A stretch of 64,000 nucleotides of DNA from the NCBI GenBank assembly GCA_964016885.1, contig OZ024743.1, positions 257,734,001 through 257,798,000 on the forward strand, read 5' to 3'. Both the position numbers and the translations under genes were made by a program. Source of the DNA: Eledone cirrhosa. Its lineage: Eukaryota. Below the pieces are notes generated by a model, which worked only from the letters and a program-made list of their open reading frames with translations, did not search any database and was not told the DNA's origin. Positions 1 through 12,996 of the stretch are shown one piece after another (within the stretch, counting starts at the first letter, position 1; the number at the start of each line of letters is the position of its first letter).

Positions 1-620
1 GGAGCTGGAAACTCTCAATTTGGAGAAGTAGCAGCTCTATCTGGAATGACTCTCAGATCTCCAAGCATTGCAATCTGTCAACTAACTTTACTCCAAAGAC
101 CCTCCACAGGAAAGCCATTTCAGACGTTTATATTCGTGATTGCATTCTTTCGGTTATTACCCAAGATTCATGATCATAGGTAAAAGTTGGCACGAATACT
201 GAATTGAAGATAGTGAGTTTAGCTTTCACACCTACTTTTCTTCTTACCAAATGCTGAAGCTGGCACATCACTACACCAGCTCCTGTGATTAATACAGCCC
301 CTGCATTCCATCACTTGTGAACATGGTCCTGAGATATTTGAACATCACTTCTTCAGTGTAACTTCATTCACATGTAGAGTGCTTCCTTGAGATGACGAGT
401 GTCTTAGTTCTGCCACACTGATTTTCTTTCCAGTCATGCAGCACTCGGCAGGAAACTTATCAAGTGCAAGCTTGAGTTCACCATCTGTTGAGTTAAGTAA
501 CACCATGTCTGCAAATTTCAGCCGACTGATTTTACATCCACCGGACATATCACTTCCGACCTGGTTGAGCATGTCAATCCTGTTCATGAAAATAATTAAC
601 AGGAGAGGTGACAGTGCATC
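1..620 (-). mobile_element. Degraded RTE-clade LINE, RT/C-terminal part
   Basis: Minus-strand translation gives RT motifs (LSPLLLIIFMNRI...LKFAD) and a degenerate VFVPT.TY.HESWV.TERMQSRI stretch, with stops and frameshifts. Confidence 0.7.
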
Positions 621-945
621 CTTCTTCCAGCACATAGACATCCATAAATATACACAGTATAAGGAGAATCAGGGACAGAGATCAATAATTGATATTGTCT
701 CTGATCTCTTCAATTATGTGCTGGATGTTCACGTTAAGAAAGGGGCTGAGCTGTCAACTGATCACTATCTAGGTATCTGCAACTTGAGCCTACCTAAAGC
801 CAAAGACGTCTACAAAACTGGCAGGTCCAAGGTGACCTACAGGATAAAGTGGGAAGCATTGGTGGAAAAAGAAGTCAGGACCAGGTATGCAGATACTATT
901 GCATCCAAATTCAGAGAACTCCCTGACAGATTATGTCTTCTAGGT
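621..945 (+). mobile_element. RTE-clade AP-endonuclease C-terminal fragment, inverted relative to the adjacent RT piece
   Basis: ORF 436-954 contains HKYT...GQRSIID...VLDVHVKKGAELSTDHYL, the end of an APE domain. Confidence 0.7.
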
Positions 946-1615
946 TTCAGATAAGCGTCTTGATGCAAAACCATCCGAAACCACTCAGCAAATGCAATGA
1001 TAACATGTGAAATGCTGGTGCTATGGGAAAATGGATTTATCATAATATACTGTGTGAAGGGGTTGGCATTAGGAATTGCACCGAGCTGTAGAAACCATGC
1101 CAAATACACAATGATTCAGCAATGTGTGGTTCTCCAACGAGTCCAGTCTTTGACATAGATGATCTATCCAACCCACAACGGCACAGAAAAAGGATGTAAA
1201 ACAATGATGCTGGTGATGATGGTAAAATTAGAAACATCATACATTTGATGTAGTATGATCATTATTCTGTGTGTTCCAAATCGTATGTTGTATTACAGTG
1301 ACTACAATAGCAGTAAATATAGCAGAGAGGGGGGAAATAGCATGTGTAAGTGTGAAAGAGTATATGTGAGCATATTTATATGTGAGCATGTGTATGCGTG
1401 AGCATTTGTGTATGCGTTAACATGTGTTTGTACATGTCAAGAGCCTATATGAAAATAAATTATAAAAAGTCAAAATGAATGTCTTTTCTTCAAATGTATT
1501 ATGAAATAATAGCCTTGTCAATTATTTACCAAAGGAGCAGCTGCGTGTTTTCTTTATGAGAATAAAAATAGCAATAGATATACATAATAAGGGGCAATGT
1601 GTGTGTTTTTGTGTA

Positions 1616-2176
<561 letters not shown>

Positions 2177-2211
2177 TATATATATACATATACACATATA
2201 AATATATATAT

Positions 2212-3310
2212 ATCATCATTATCATCACCATTTTACGTCTGTTCTTCCACGCGAGCATGGGTTAGACGGGTTGTCCTGTTGTGGGCAGTGTCTGGTCGGC
2301 TGACCTTGTCTTGCTCATACGGGAACTGATTCTGGCTAGATTTCTACAGATGGATGCCCTTCCTAACACCAACCTCATTTACAGTGAGTGCTGGGTGCTT
2401 TTTCCCGTGGCCTACACGTCCACTTTACAGTGTGGGTTGGGTGCTTTTTTGCTGTGGCACCTCCACGACCACTTTGCAGTGGGAGGGTGTGGGGGGGGGG
2501 GGGCATATTGTCTATATGCTTCAGCTTTGGCTTGCACCTGTGGGAAGTCGGGTCTTCTGCATTACTGTATGACTCCAGAGGTCACGGTCATGTGTCATCG
2601 CATTTGAGAGGTGCAATTGGTAAGGTCACCTTTTATCACCTCATCCCAGATCTTCGTGGGTCTCCCCACTTCGCGGCCCCCATCAATTTCTAGTGCTCTG
2701 CACCTTTTTATGCAGCTATCATCCTTCATACGCATCACATGTCCATACCAACATAACCTCCTCTCCTGCACACAGAATTTGATTCCTCTTATGCTCAGTC
2801 TCTCCGTCAATTCGTTTATGCTTTGCCGTTAACGTATCTTACTATTACACATCCATTGGAGCATGCAAGCTTCGTTTCTTTCTAATCAGCGCAAGTCTTC
2901 TGCAGACAGCGCCCAGGTCTCACTACCATGTAACATTGCTGTTCGTATACACGCATCATACAGTCTTCCTTTCATTTTGAGGGAAAAGCCTTTTGCAGTT
3001 AGCTGTGGCAGTAGTTCCCCGAACTTCTTCCATCCCATAGCAGTGGCAGTAGCTCCCCGTACTTCTTCCATCCCATAGCAGTGGCAGTAGCTCCCCGAAC
3101 TTCTTCCATCCCATATCAGTGGCAGTAGCTCCCCGAACTTCTTCCATCCCAAAGCAGTGGCAGTAGTTCCCCGAGCTTCTTACATCCCATAGCAGTGGCA
3201 GTAGCTCCCCGAACTTCTTCCATCCCATTCTTACCCTAGTTATTGGACTTTCTGAACACCCACCTCTACTGCTAATTAGGTCACCTAGGTAGCAGAAGCT
3301 GTCTACTGTT
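2212..3310 (-). mobile_element. 5'-truncated RTE LINE (RT C-terminus, 3' UTR, (GAT)n tail)
   Basis: VDSFCYLGD...GWKKF...[11 protein letters not shown]...WYGHVMRM; homologous to 7198-8223 and 22000-22962. Confidence 0.9.
3005..3228. repeat. 38-bp minisatellite, 6 copies, inside RT coding sequence
   Basis: GTGGCAGTAG recurs at 3005, 3043, 3081, 3119, 3157 and 3195. Confidence 0.9.
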
Positions 3311-3499
3311 ATATATATACATATATATGTATATGTACATATATATATGTATATATATATGTATATGTACATATATATGTAGATATATATGTATATGTAC
3401 ATATATATGTATATATATATGTATATATATATATGTATATATATATATGAGAGACGTAAAATAAGAAAATTATAAAATTAACTTACTTACTAAAATTTC

Positions 3500-3582
3500 A
3501 CTCCCAACTAATTAGTTTCTGAAAGGGAATAAACATACTTTCCGAAGAAGAGTACGGAGAAACCTTTCGTCATCAGGGAAGT
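3500..3582 (-). ncRNA. Type I hammerhead ribozyme
   Basis: Reverse complement of the 4236-4318 motif. Confidence 0.8.
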
Positions 3583-4023
3583 CTATTCTCAGCTAAGTTT
3601 CCAGGCAATACGTGGACACAGGGAACTTATACAAAAATAATTCAGTGGATGGAAAAAAGCAAAGCGTGGACTAAATTTCTAGCCATTGAGAAAATCATTG
3701 CCTACTGCGTCGGTGGCAAATTCAAAAGAATCAATCACGTGACATCGAGGTCAATCAGTGGAAAGTGGTTTGTTAAGAAGACAGCAGCCTGACTGTTATT
3801 ATAGCAGCAGTTTTGGCCAATTTTTTATCGACAAATAATTTGGAGTTAATTATAAAGAATTAGTATATCTAGTAACATATATATACACAGATGCATACTT
3901 ATGCTAGCAAATATATAGGTTTTGTCTTAGTAACTTTGTGGTTCAATGCATGGGGTTGCAGAACAATAATATGAGAGACGTAAAATAAGAAAATTATAAA
4001 ATTAACTTACTTACTAAAATTTC

Positions 4024-4106
4024 ACTCCCAACTAATTAGTTTCTGAAAGGGAATAAACATACTTTCCGAAGAATAGTACAGAGAAGCCTTTCGTCATCAG
4101 GGAAGT
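4024..4106 (-). ncRNA. Type I hammerhead ribozyme
   Basis: Second tandem copy, 524 bp from the first. Confidence 0.8.
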
Positions 4107-4235
4107 CTATTCTCAGCTAAGTTTCCAGGCAATACGTGGACACAGGGAACTTATACAAAAATTATTCAGTGGATGGAAAAAAGCAAACTGTGGACTAAAT
4201 TCCTAGCCATTGCCTGGAAACTTAACTGAGAATAG

Positions 4236-4318
4236 ACTTCCCTGATGACGAAAGGCTTCTCTGTACTCTTCTTCGGAAAGTATGTTTATTCCCTTTCAGA
4301 AACTAATTAGTTGGGAGT
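4236..4318 (+). ncRNA. Type I hammerhead ribozyme with extended stem II
   Basis: ACTTCC-CTGATGA-C-GAAAGG...CCTTTC-A-GAAAC-TAATTA-GTT-GGGAGT: stems I and II pair, stem III is palindromic, GUU triplet. Confidence 0.8.
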
Positions 4319-4729
4319 GAAATTTTAGTAAGTAAGTTAATTTTATAATTTTCTTATTTTATGTCTCTCATATTATTGTTCTGCAACACCATGCATTGAA
4401 CCACAAAGTTACTAAGACAAAACCTATATATTTGCTAGCATAAGTATGCATCTGTGTATATATATGTTACTAGATATACTAATTCTTTATACTGTATATA
4501 TATATATATGTATATGTACATATATATGTATATATATATGTATATGTACATATATATGTATATATATATGTATATGTACATATATATGTATATATATGTA
4601 TATATATGTATATGTATATATATATGTATATGTACATATATATATGTACGTATTTACATATACATATATGTATATATATATATGTATATGTATATTATAT
4701 GTATATATATATATATATGTATATGTATA

Positions 4730-4780
<51 letters not shown>

Positions 4781-4785
<5 letters not shown>

Positions 4786-5510
4786 CGGCGGCGAAGATTC
4801 GAAACCGAATCTCAGCTTTCCCTCTGGGACAACCCATGGTTAATTGTTTGCGCCCGGCAGATGAACCCCTTGGGAGATGCTAAACACAGGTCAGAGGCTG
4901 TTTACGCCTGGCAGAAAATAGTTCAGATGATATATCCATCCTTCTTAGTTGTTCACGCCTGGCAAACCAACCCCTTGGGAAATACTAACCAAAGGTCAGA
5001 GGATATATCTATCCTAACTTCAACCCTTATAAATACAACTGTTGTTTACACCCCGGAGAAAAAAGTGATATACAGACAAGACAAGTCGCATTTACAAGCT
5101 CTCGTCACGAAAAACCAGTCTGCACACTAATTTCTCACACATCATTCCCGCCGGGCGGAGTGATTACTACTATTGCTAAAACAAGAAAGTATATAATATG
5201 CATAGTAAGTTCACACTGTTTTATGTCACATGCACCATTCCTGTCTTTCACATTGTATCTTTCAGATACAATACAAATTATATTATAATCGTATTCTGTG
5301 ATACCTGTATTTACGTGGCTCGCAGAGCCACCAAATTATTGTATGAATATTTCATATTATAAATATTATCATTCAATATTCAAATTGAATATTGTTACAA
5401 TAAAATAAACTTTGTGACAACACAATCCTGGTATTATTCTTTGCATTGAAACCATCATACCAACAATTCCATCTATTCACTTATCCGTTACAACCGGAAT
5501 ATTCGCTACA
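4781..5510 (+). mobile_element. Possible solo LTR inserted in (TA)n
   Basis: Begins TATAACGG and ends CCGTTACA...CGCTACA; internal repeat AACCCCTTGGGA..AGGTCAGAGG; AATAAA near 5400; no ORF. Confidence 0.35.
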
Positions 5511-5642
5511 TATGTATATGTGCATATATATATGTATAAATGTATATATATATATATATGTATATATATGTATATATATATCTATATATGCATATATATA
5601 TGTATATATATATATGTATATACATATATATGTATATATATG

Positions 5643-5691
<49 letters not shown>

Positions 5692-5692
5692 G

Positions 5693-5737
<45 letters not shown>

Positions 5738-5738
5738 G

Positions 5739-5798
<60 letters not shown>

Positions 5799-5824
5799 TG
5801 TATATTTTTATATGTATATATATG

Positions 5825-5875
<51 letters not shown>

Positions 5876-6080
5876 GTATATATATATGTATATATATGTA
5901 TATATATATATATATAGATAGATAAATATACACGGGTGTGTATGATTGTGTATAGAAGATTATATTAATAAGAGGAATTCAAACTTTGTCTGATTTACTC
6001 GTTTTATTTACAATCCTTTAAAATTTATAATGGTATTATAATGAAATAGTATGATAGAATATTAAATTCTAAGTGTTAAT

Positions 6081-6119
6081 TGAACAAGTACTTTCATGCT
6101 TTCGCAATCTTCAGGTTCA
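6081..6119 (-). ncRNA. Minimal type I hammerhead ribozyme
   Basis: Reverse complement of 6188-6226. Confidence 0.7.
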
Positions 6120-6187
6120 TAATATGCAACTTCAGGTTCATAATTTCAACTGTTGAAAATTGCATACTTGACTGTCACCACACATTA

Positions 6188-6226
6188 TGAACCTGAAGAT
6201 TGCGAAAGCATGAAAGTACTTGTTCA
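6188..6226 (+). ncRNA. Minimal type I hammerhead ribozyme
   Basis: TGAAC-CTGAAGA-TTGCGAAAGCAT-GAAAG-TA-CTT-GTTCA; palindromic AAGTACTT stem III; first stem II pair mismatched. Confidence 0.7.
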
Positions 6227-6375
6227 ATTAACACTTAGAATTTAATATTCTATCATAAATTCTATCTATAAATTCTATCTATAAATTTTAAAGGATTGTA
6301 AATAAAACGAGTAAATCAGACAAAGTTGGAATTCCTCTTATTAATATATGTATATATATATGTATATATATATAC

Positions 6376-6478
6376 AGACAGTCCTATGCGAGCAAGACAA
6401 TCACTCTTGCCTCAAGTGGGAAAACTCCCGTCGAAACCCATGCAAGCGTGGAACACGGACGTTAAACGATGATGATGA
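6376..6478 (+). mobile_element. Short RTE/SINE 3' tail ending (GAT)n
   Basis: Matches 22849-22960. Confidence 0.85.
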
Positions 6479-6536
6479 TATATATATATATATATGTGTA
6501 TATATATATATGTATATATATATGTATATATATATG

Positions 6537-6581
<45 letters not shown>

Positions 6582-6610
6582 GTATATATATATGTATATA
6601 TATATGTATA

Positions 6611-7160
6611 TACGTGGTCGGGTCAATAATCTCTAATACTCGGTATGAAAAGAAAAAGCTAGAACATTCAAACAAATTTTATTTGAAAATACATTCAATA
6701 CTAGTAAGGAAAACATTAATAAAGTTATTTTTCAATGTAGCCTCCATTGTTTACAACCATCTTTCGCCATTTTACCAGTAATTCTTCAAACGCCGATTTT
6801 AAAAATGAATCATCCAAAGAGTTCAAATATTCATTAACAAAACTTTTGAGTTACTCACCAGTTGCAAAGTGATTACCACTGAGCTCTTTCTTAAGCAGTC
6901 TGAAGAAGTCACTTGGAGCAATGTCCAGACTTTTAGGAGGGTGAACAAGTTGATGAAAGCCACATTTTTCAATGCATTCTTGTGCAAGTTTTGCTTTGTG
7001 AATAGGGGCATTGTCGATTAGAAGCCAAAGCGGCACATTAGGCGTCTTCCGCTTTTTCTCCTTACATTCAGTAACCAGTTTAGTAAAATAAGAAGCGTTG
7101 CAGACCATGCCTTTATCCAGAAAATCAGTGCTAATAATTCCCTTCCTAGTCCAGAAAATT
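6611..7160 (-). mobile_element. Mariner transposon 3' fragment with one TIR
   Basis: LLIDNAPIH...LVHPPKSLDIAPSDF (degenerate HPPYSPDLAPSDF); TIR-like TACGTGGTCGGGTCAATAA at 6611. Confidence 0.85.
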
Positions 7161-7197
7161 ACATATATATACATATATATATATATACATACATATA

Positions 7198-8222
7198 TAT
7201 CATCATCATCACCGTTTTACGTCCGTTCTTCCACGCTAGCATGGATTAGACGGGTTGTCCTGTTGTGGCAGTGTCTGGTCGGCTGACCATGCCTTGCTCA
7301 TACAGGAACTGATCTGGCTTGATTTCTACAGCTGGATGCCCTTCCTAACACCAACCTCATTTACAGTGAGTGCTGGGTGCTTTTTCGCGGCGCCTACACG
7401 TCCACTTTACAGTGTGGGCTGGGTGCTTTTTTGCCGTGGCACCTCCACGACCACCTTGCGGTGGGGGGGGGGGGCATATTGTTTATATACTTCAGCATGT
7501 ACCCATGGGAGGTCGGGTACCCTGTATTACTGCGTGACGCCAGAAGTCACGGTCGTGTGTCATTGACTTTGAGAGGTGTAGTTGGGTAAGGTCGGCTTTT
7601 ATCACCTCATCCCAAGTCATCTTGGGTCTCCCCACTCCGCGGTTTCCATCAACTTCTAGTGCTCTGCACCTTTTTATGCAGCTGTCATCCTTCATACGCA
7701 TCACATGTCCATACCAGCGTAACCGCCTCTCCTGTACGCAGCATTTGATTCCTCTTATGCTCAGTCTCTCTCTCAATTCCTTTATGCTTTGTCGTTCACG
7801 TATATTACTGTTACACATCCATCGGAGCATGCAGGCTTCGTTTCTCTCTAATCTACGTAAGTCTTCCACCTTCAGCGCCCAGGTTTCACTACCATGCAAC
7901 ATCGCTGTTCGGATACACGCATCATACAGTCTGCCTTTCATTCTGAGGGAGAAGCCTTTTGCAGCTAGCAGTGGTAGTAGTTCCCTAAACTTCTTCCATC
8001 CCGTTCTTACCCTAGTTATTGTACTTTCTGAGCACCCACCTCCGTTGCTAATTCGGTCACCTAGGTAGCAGAAGCTGTCTACTGTTTCTACAGGGCCCTC
8101 CCAGAGATTGGTGGTACTTGTTTCCTGTGGCTGTTTGCTTGCTGTTTCAGCACGGCTGCTGCATGTGAATCCTACATTCTTAATTAAGCTTCCTGAGATC
8201 CCGCTACATCTCTTGTGTACCC

Positions 8223-8223
<1 letters not shown>
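7198..8223 (-). mobile_element. 5'-truncated RTE LINE
   Basis: Open frame WVHKRCSG...FCYLGD...HGSETWAL...RWYGHVMR...RPKMTWDE, then 3' UTR and (GAT)n. Confidence 0.9.
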
Positions 8224-8275
<52 letters not shown>

Positions 8276-8316
8276 CATATATACATATATATATATACAT
8301 ACATATATATATATAC

Positions 8317-8367
<51 letters not shown>

Positions 8368-8382
8368 CATATATATATATAC

Positions 8383-8463
<81 letters not shown>

Positions 8464-8464
8464 C

Positions 8465-8499
<35 letters not shown>

Positions 8500-8572
8500 A
8501 ATATATATATATATACATATATATATATACATATATATATATATAAATGTATATATATATATATATACATAC

Positions 8573-8665
<93 letters not shown>

Positions 8666-8680
8666 CATATATATACATAC

Positions 8681-8711
<31 letters not shown>

Positions 8712-8722
8712 CATATAAATAC

Positions 8723-8789
<67 letters not shown>

Positions 8790-8852
8790 GATATACATAT
8801 ATATATGTATATACATATCTATATATATACATATATATATATACATATATAT

Positions 8853-9128
8853 ATGTTGTTATACTTTGGGAGGGTCATGTTGCCAATAAGAAACACACGC
8901 ACCAGTTGCTTTCACTTCAATTTATTATATATTTATAAATTTATAAATTTACAAATCTACAAACTTATAAATTTCTGGTTGGTTGGTTGGTTCCACAACC
9001 AGATAGTTGTTTATATATAGTCATAGTCCTTTCGTCACACACTCTGTGACCTCTTCAGTGACTGGGGATTCCTTTCTTTGTTTCTGTGCCTTTCCTTTCT
9101 TCTGTCCTACGCCATTTTGTTTCTGTGT
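8853..9128 (-). mobile_element. Penelope-like terminal repeat (pLTR) fragment
   Basis: Near identical to 17588-17852, the 3' terminus of a GIY-YIG PLE. Confidence 0.8.
9019..9063 (-). ncRNA. Minimal HHR in PLE terminal repeat
   Basis: AGTCA-CTGAAGA-G-GTCAC...GTGAC-GAAAG-GA-CTA-TGACT on the minus strand. Confidence 0.7.
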
Positions 9129-9317
9129 CACGGTTGGATTTCAATCGTCAGCAGAGCTCAACAGAAACCAGGGCTCTCACAGTATTATAATCCGAAAAAG
9201 GGAATTCTAAAACTGGCTAGTTCGCCATCATGTGTAATTATGAAAAAGCACATGAGGAAAAACGGGGCTAGTGACGTCAGGATGAAAGTGAATGTTTATT
9301 TACAAGAAATAGATATG

Positions 9318-9353
<36 letters not shown>

Positions 9354-9449
9354 TATGTATATTTAAGTATATATATATATATGTATATATATGTATATAT
9401 ATATGTATATATATGTATATATATATATATGTATATATATATATGTATA

Positions 9450-9496
<47 letters not shown>

Positions 9497-9508
9497 GTAT
9501 ATATATAA

Positions 9509-9591
<83 letters not shown>

Positions 9592-9592
9592 C

Positions 9593-9639
<47 letters not shown>

Positions 9640-9660
9640 CATATATATACATATATATAC

Positions 9661-9695
<35 letters not shown>

Positions 9696-9705
9696 CATAT
9701 ATATA

Positions 9706-12180
9706 TCTTTCGCACTTAAATATTCTGACATCACCACAGATGAACTTCACATTATCCTCACCGCACGTAAAACCATCCTAGAGTTCAACAACGCATATTG
9801 GACCAGAGCCGATACCTCTAACAACTTCGACATCACAATGGGAGCATCCGATTCATCCCAATTGACTGATTTAATTGGTATCTTTATTTTGAACTCTTTG
9901 AGTCGGAAAATTCCTCAACTTCGCGGTGGAATTTATCGTGACGATGGACTCTTTACTATCTTAAATTGCAATATAGTTAACCTTAATATTATTAAGAACA
10001 ATATACGTAATCTCTTTAACCAACATAACCTAAAAATTGAATTTGATAACAGTATCAAACTAGCTAATTTCTTGGATGTATCTCTTAATCTTGACACTGG
10101 CCTATATTACCCTTACCATAAAAACAATGAGAACCTAAATTATGTTAACTTTAAATCTAACCATCCTACCAATATCAAGAATGCTATAGTTAGTAATATT
10201 TCTAAAAAGAATATCTAACATATCTTCTAATAAAAACATCTTTGATGCTAACGCCAATTACTATAATAAGGCGCTTTCTAAAGCCGGCTATCCTGATAAA
10301 ATCAAATATAGTAAAGAAACAAATTCTAGAAGATCTTACAGTAGAATAATTACTCATGATCATTCCAATAACTTTAATAAAAGACCTAGATACAAAAACA
10401 TAATCTGGTATAATGCTCCTTTCTCCATCTCTATTAATAACAATATTCCTAAATTATTCTTTAGTGCCTTAAATAAATGCTTCCCTCCCTCACATATCTA
10501 TAGTAAAATATTTAACAAACACACCATCAAATTTTATTATTCTACATCCTCCAATATTTCCAACATTATCTCTAAACACAACAATAAAATACTAAATACT
10601 AAATCTCTTCCTTCCAACACTGAATTTCATAATAACAGTAATAGTACTCCCGACGTCATTGTAAACCCTAGGCTAATTTCTGTAAACCCAAATACAACGT
10701 CAAACACAACTTCGCTAAATGTTCATAATCCAACTCTAAATCAAGAAACTATTATTCCTATCGCAAACAACTTCTCCAATCCAATTCCTTCTATAGATAA
10801 CACTAGGTCACTCATTAATAATCTCTCTAATTGCAACTGCCGTATTAAAAATAAATGTCCTCACAACAACCATTGTCTCGATAAAAACTTAATTTACGAA
10901 TGTAAAGTTATAACTAGCACCAATTCCTTCACCTATTTTGGCTCCACTTCCACCTCTTTTAAAGCTCGTCTCTATAATCATCATTCATCTTTTAAATACA
11001 AACTTAAAAGAACCAACACGGCTCTCTCAGAACTCATATGGTCCTTGAAAGACAAAAACATTAAATATACCCTCTTTTGGAAGAAGGCTTCTTCTGCGTC
11101 TTCATACTTGAACAGCTCTCTATCTAAAATCTGTAATCTCTGCCTAAATGAAAAATTTACCATTATCTCTAATCTAGATTCTATAATAAATAGACGTACA
11201 GATTTGTTTTCTATCTGCTTGCATAAATTCCATAAGACATTTCACAAAGTATACAGCTAATATTCAATTCTTTATCAATTTAGAATCTTTTCTCAAAGGC
11301 ACATATACATACACCTCTTTTAAAATATACCCATCTTCCTAACTTACTTCAAAGGGTATTATACACTCTATAATACTTGTTTACTCATTACCCTCACTCT
11401 ATCTTCACCTTGTAAAATCCTTCGTAACATATACATTTGTTTTGACGCCAAATTATTCATCCTTAATTTATTATTTTTTTCTCCCCATCATCTAACTCAT
11501 TCTTAATACATATTAACTCTTTCTTCGCACATATTATCAATTCTTTCAATATACAAACCTTAACTTCACATTATTTTTCTCAAATCCTTCAATACACAAA
11601 CCTTAATAATTTTTTTTCTCTTCGTTAATTTTCAAATTTCCATAATACTTGTAAACATACACACAATTTTTTTGACGTTAGAATATTCATCCGCAATCCA
11701 TTATTCTTTTCTCTCTATCATCAAACTTTTTAATCTCAATACAGATTAACTCCCTCTCCTTCTTCGTACATATTTTTCCCTTCGTTAATTTTCAATTTCT
11801 TTTAATTTATACATTATCTTCCAACGGTTTTCAACCTCTCTATGTAAAACAATATATCTTTTCTCAGTTATAAAAACTATCTCTTTCTCTCTATCACCCA
11901 TCTCTCCCTCTCCACCTTCACTCTCATCTCCTCCCCTTTTTTTCATCCTTTCCACCCCCCCTCTCTAAATAAAATATTTTTCCCAATATCACACATCAAT
12001 CTAAAATTACTTTTCATATGTTGATTTAAAACTGCACTATCCACAAGTGTTTTTTAGCCTTCATATCATGTCCTCCTGTTTTATCTGATGAAAACACAAA
12101 TATTATTGCATGATGATGTTTGTTTTTGAAATGCGCATAATAAAATACATGGAACTCCTTTAACCATCTTTTGATCTTAT
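9706..12180 (+). mobile_element. 5'-truncated Penelope-like element (RT + GIY-YIG, Naiad-like)
   Basis: ITMGA...IYRDDGL...FLDVSL...SNHP; frameshift ~10205; CNC..KCP...C...IYECKV...YFGST...CNLCLNEK; long 3' UTR ending in an HHR. Confidence 0.85.
12078..12146 (+). ncRNA. Type I HHR at PLE 3' end
   Basis: GTTTTAT-CTGATGA-[long stem II]-GAAA-TGCGCA-TA-ATAAAAT; palindromic ATGCGCAT. Confidence 0.75.
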
Positions 12181-12273
12181 ATATTATATATATACATATA
12201 TATATACATATATATATATATACATAAATATATATATACATATATATACATATATATATATACATAAATATAC

Positions 12274-12400
<127 letters not shown>

Positions 12401-12431
12401 TACATATATATACATATATACATATATATAC

Positions 12432-12463
<32 letters not shown>

Positions 12464-12465
12464 TC

Positions 12466-12632
<167 letters not shown>

Positions 12633-12638
12633 TATATC

Positions 12639-12673
<35 letters not shown>

Positions 12674-12811
12674 TAGAAAGTGAGGTTTTTTTTTACAAAA
12701 TGAAAAATAACCGAGGTGTCCTACACGAGTGAAAGTATAAAGAAAAAGAGATGAAATCGAAAATGTAACTGGAGTCTTATTTTTTTTAAAAATATATATA
12801 TTTATTTGGTT

Positions 12812-12849
12812 CCTTTACCGGTTTCGCAGTTCTTCTGCTTTTCAAAAGG
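12812..12849 (-). ncRNA. Minimal HHR, U3-A8 variant, in a ~200-bp insert (12673-12882)
   Basis: CCTT-TTGAAAA-GCAG-AAGAA-CTGC-GAAAC-CG-GTA-AAGG on the minus strand. Confidence 0.75.
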
Positions 12850-12941
12850 TGAGTTGAGATGGAGGGTCTGTGGTTTTTCTCATACATACATATATATATA
12901 TACACATATATATATATACATATATATACATATATATATAC

Positions 12942-12988
<47 letters not shown>

Positions 12989-12996
12989 TATACATA

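Larger units (their letters stand above)
3446..4491. mobile_element. Retrozyme-like HHR element, family A (524-bp monomer): ~1.45 units on minus, then an inverted partial unit on plus
   Basis: GAGACGTAAA at 3451 and 3975 gives period 524; inversion at ~4209-4212 via ATTG microhomology; three HHRs; no ORF. Confidence 0.8.
5925..6347. mobile_element. Fold-back (inverted) non-coding HHR element, PLE terminus or retrozyme
   Basis: Arms ~5960-6123 and ~6184-6347 are near reverse complements, each carrying an HHR. Confidence 0.7.

Noticed and set aside
3938-3950. B-box-like GTGGTTCAATGC in family A and at ~54685
   Set aside because: No matching A box found and orientation relative to the HHR is inconsistent.
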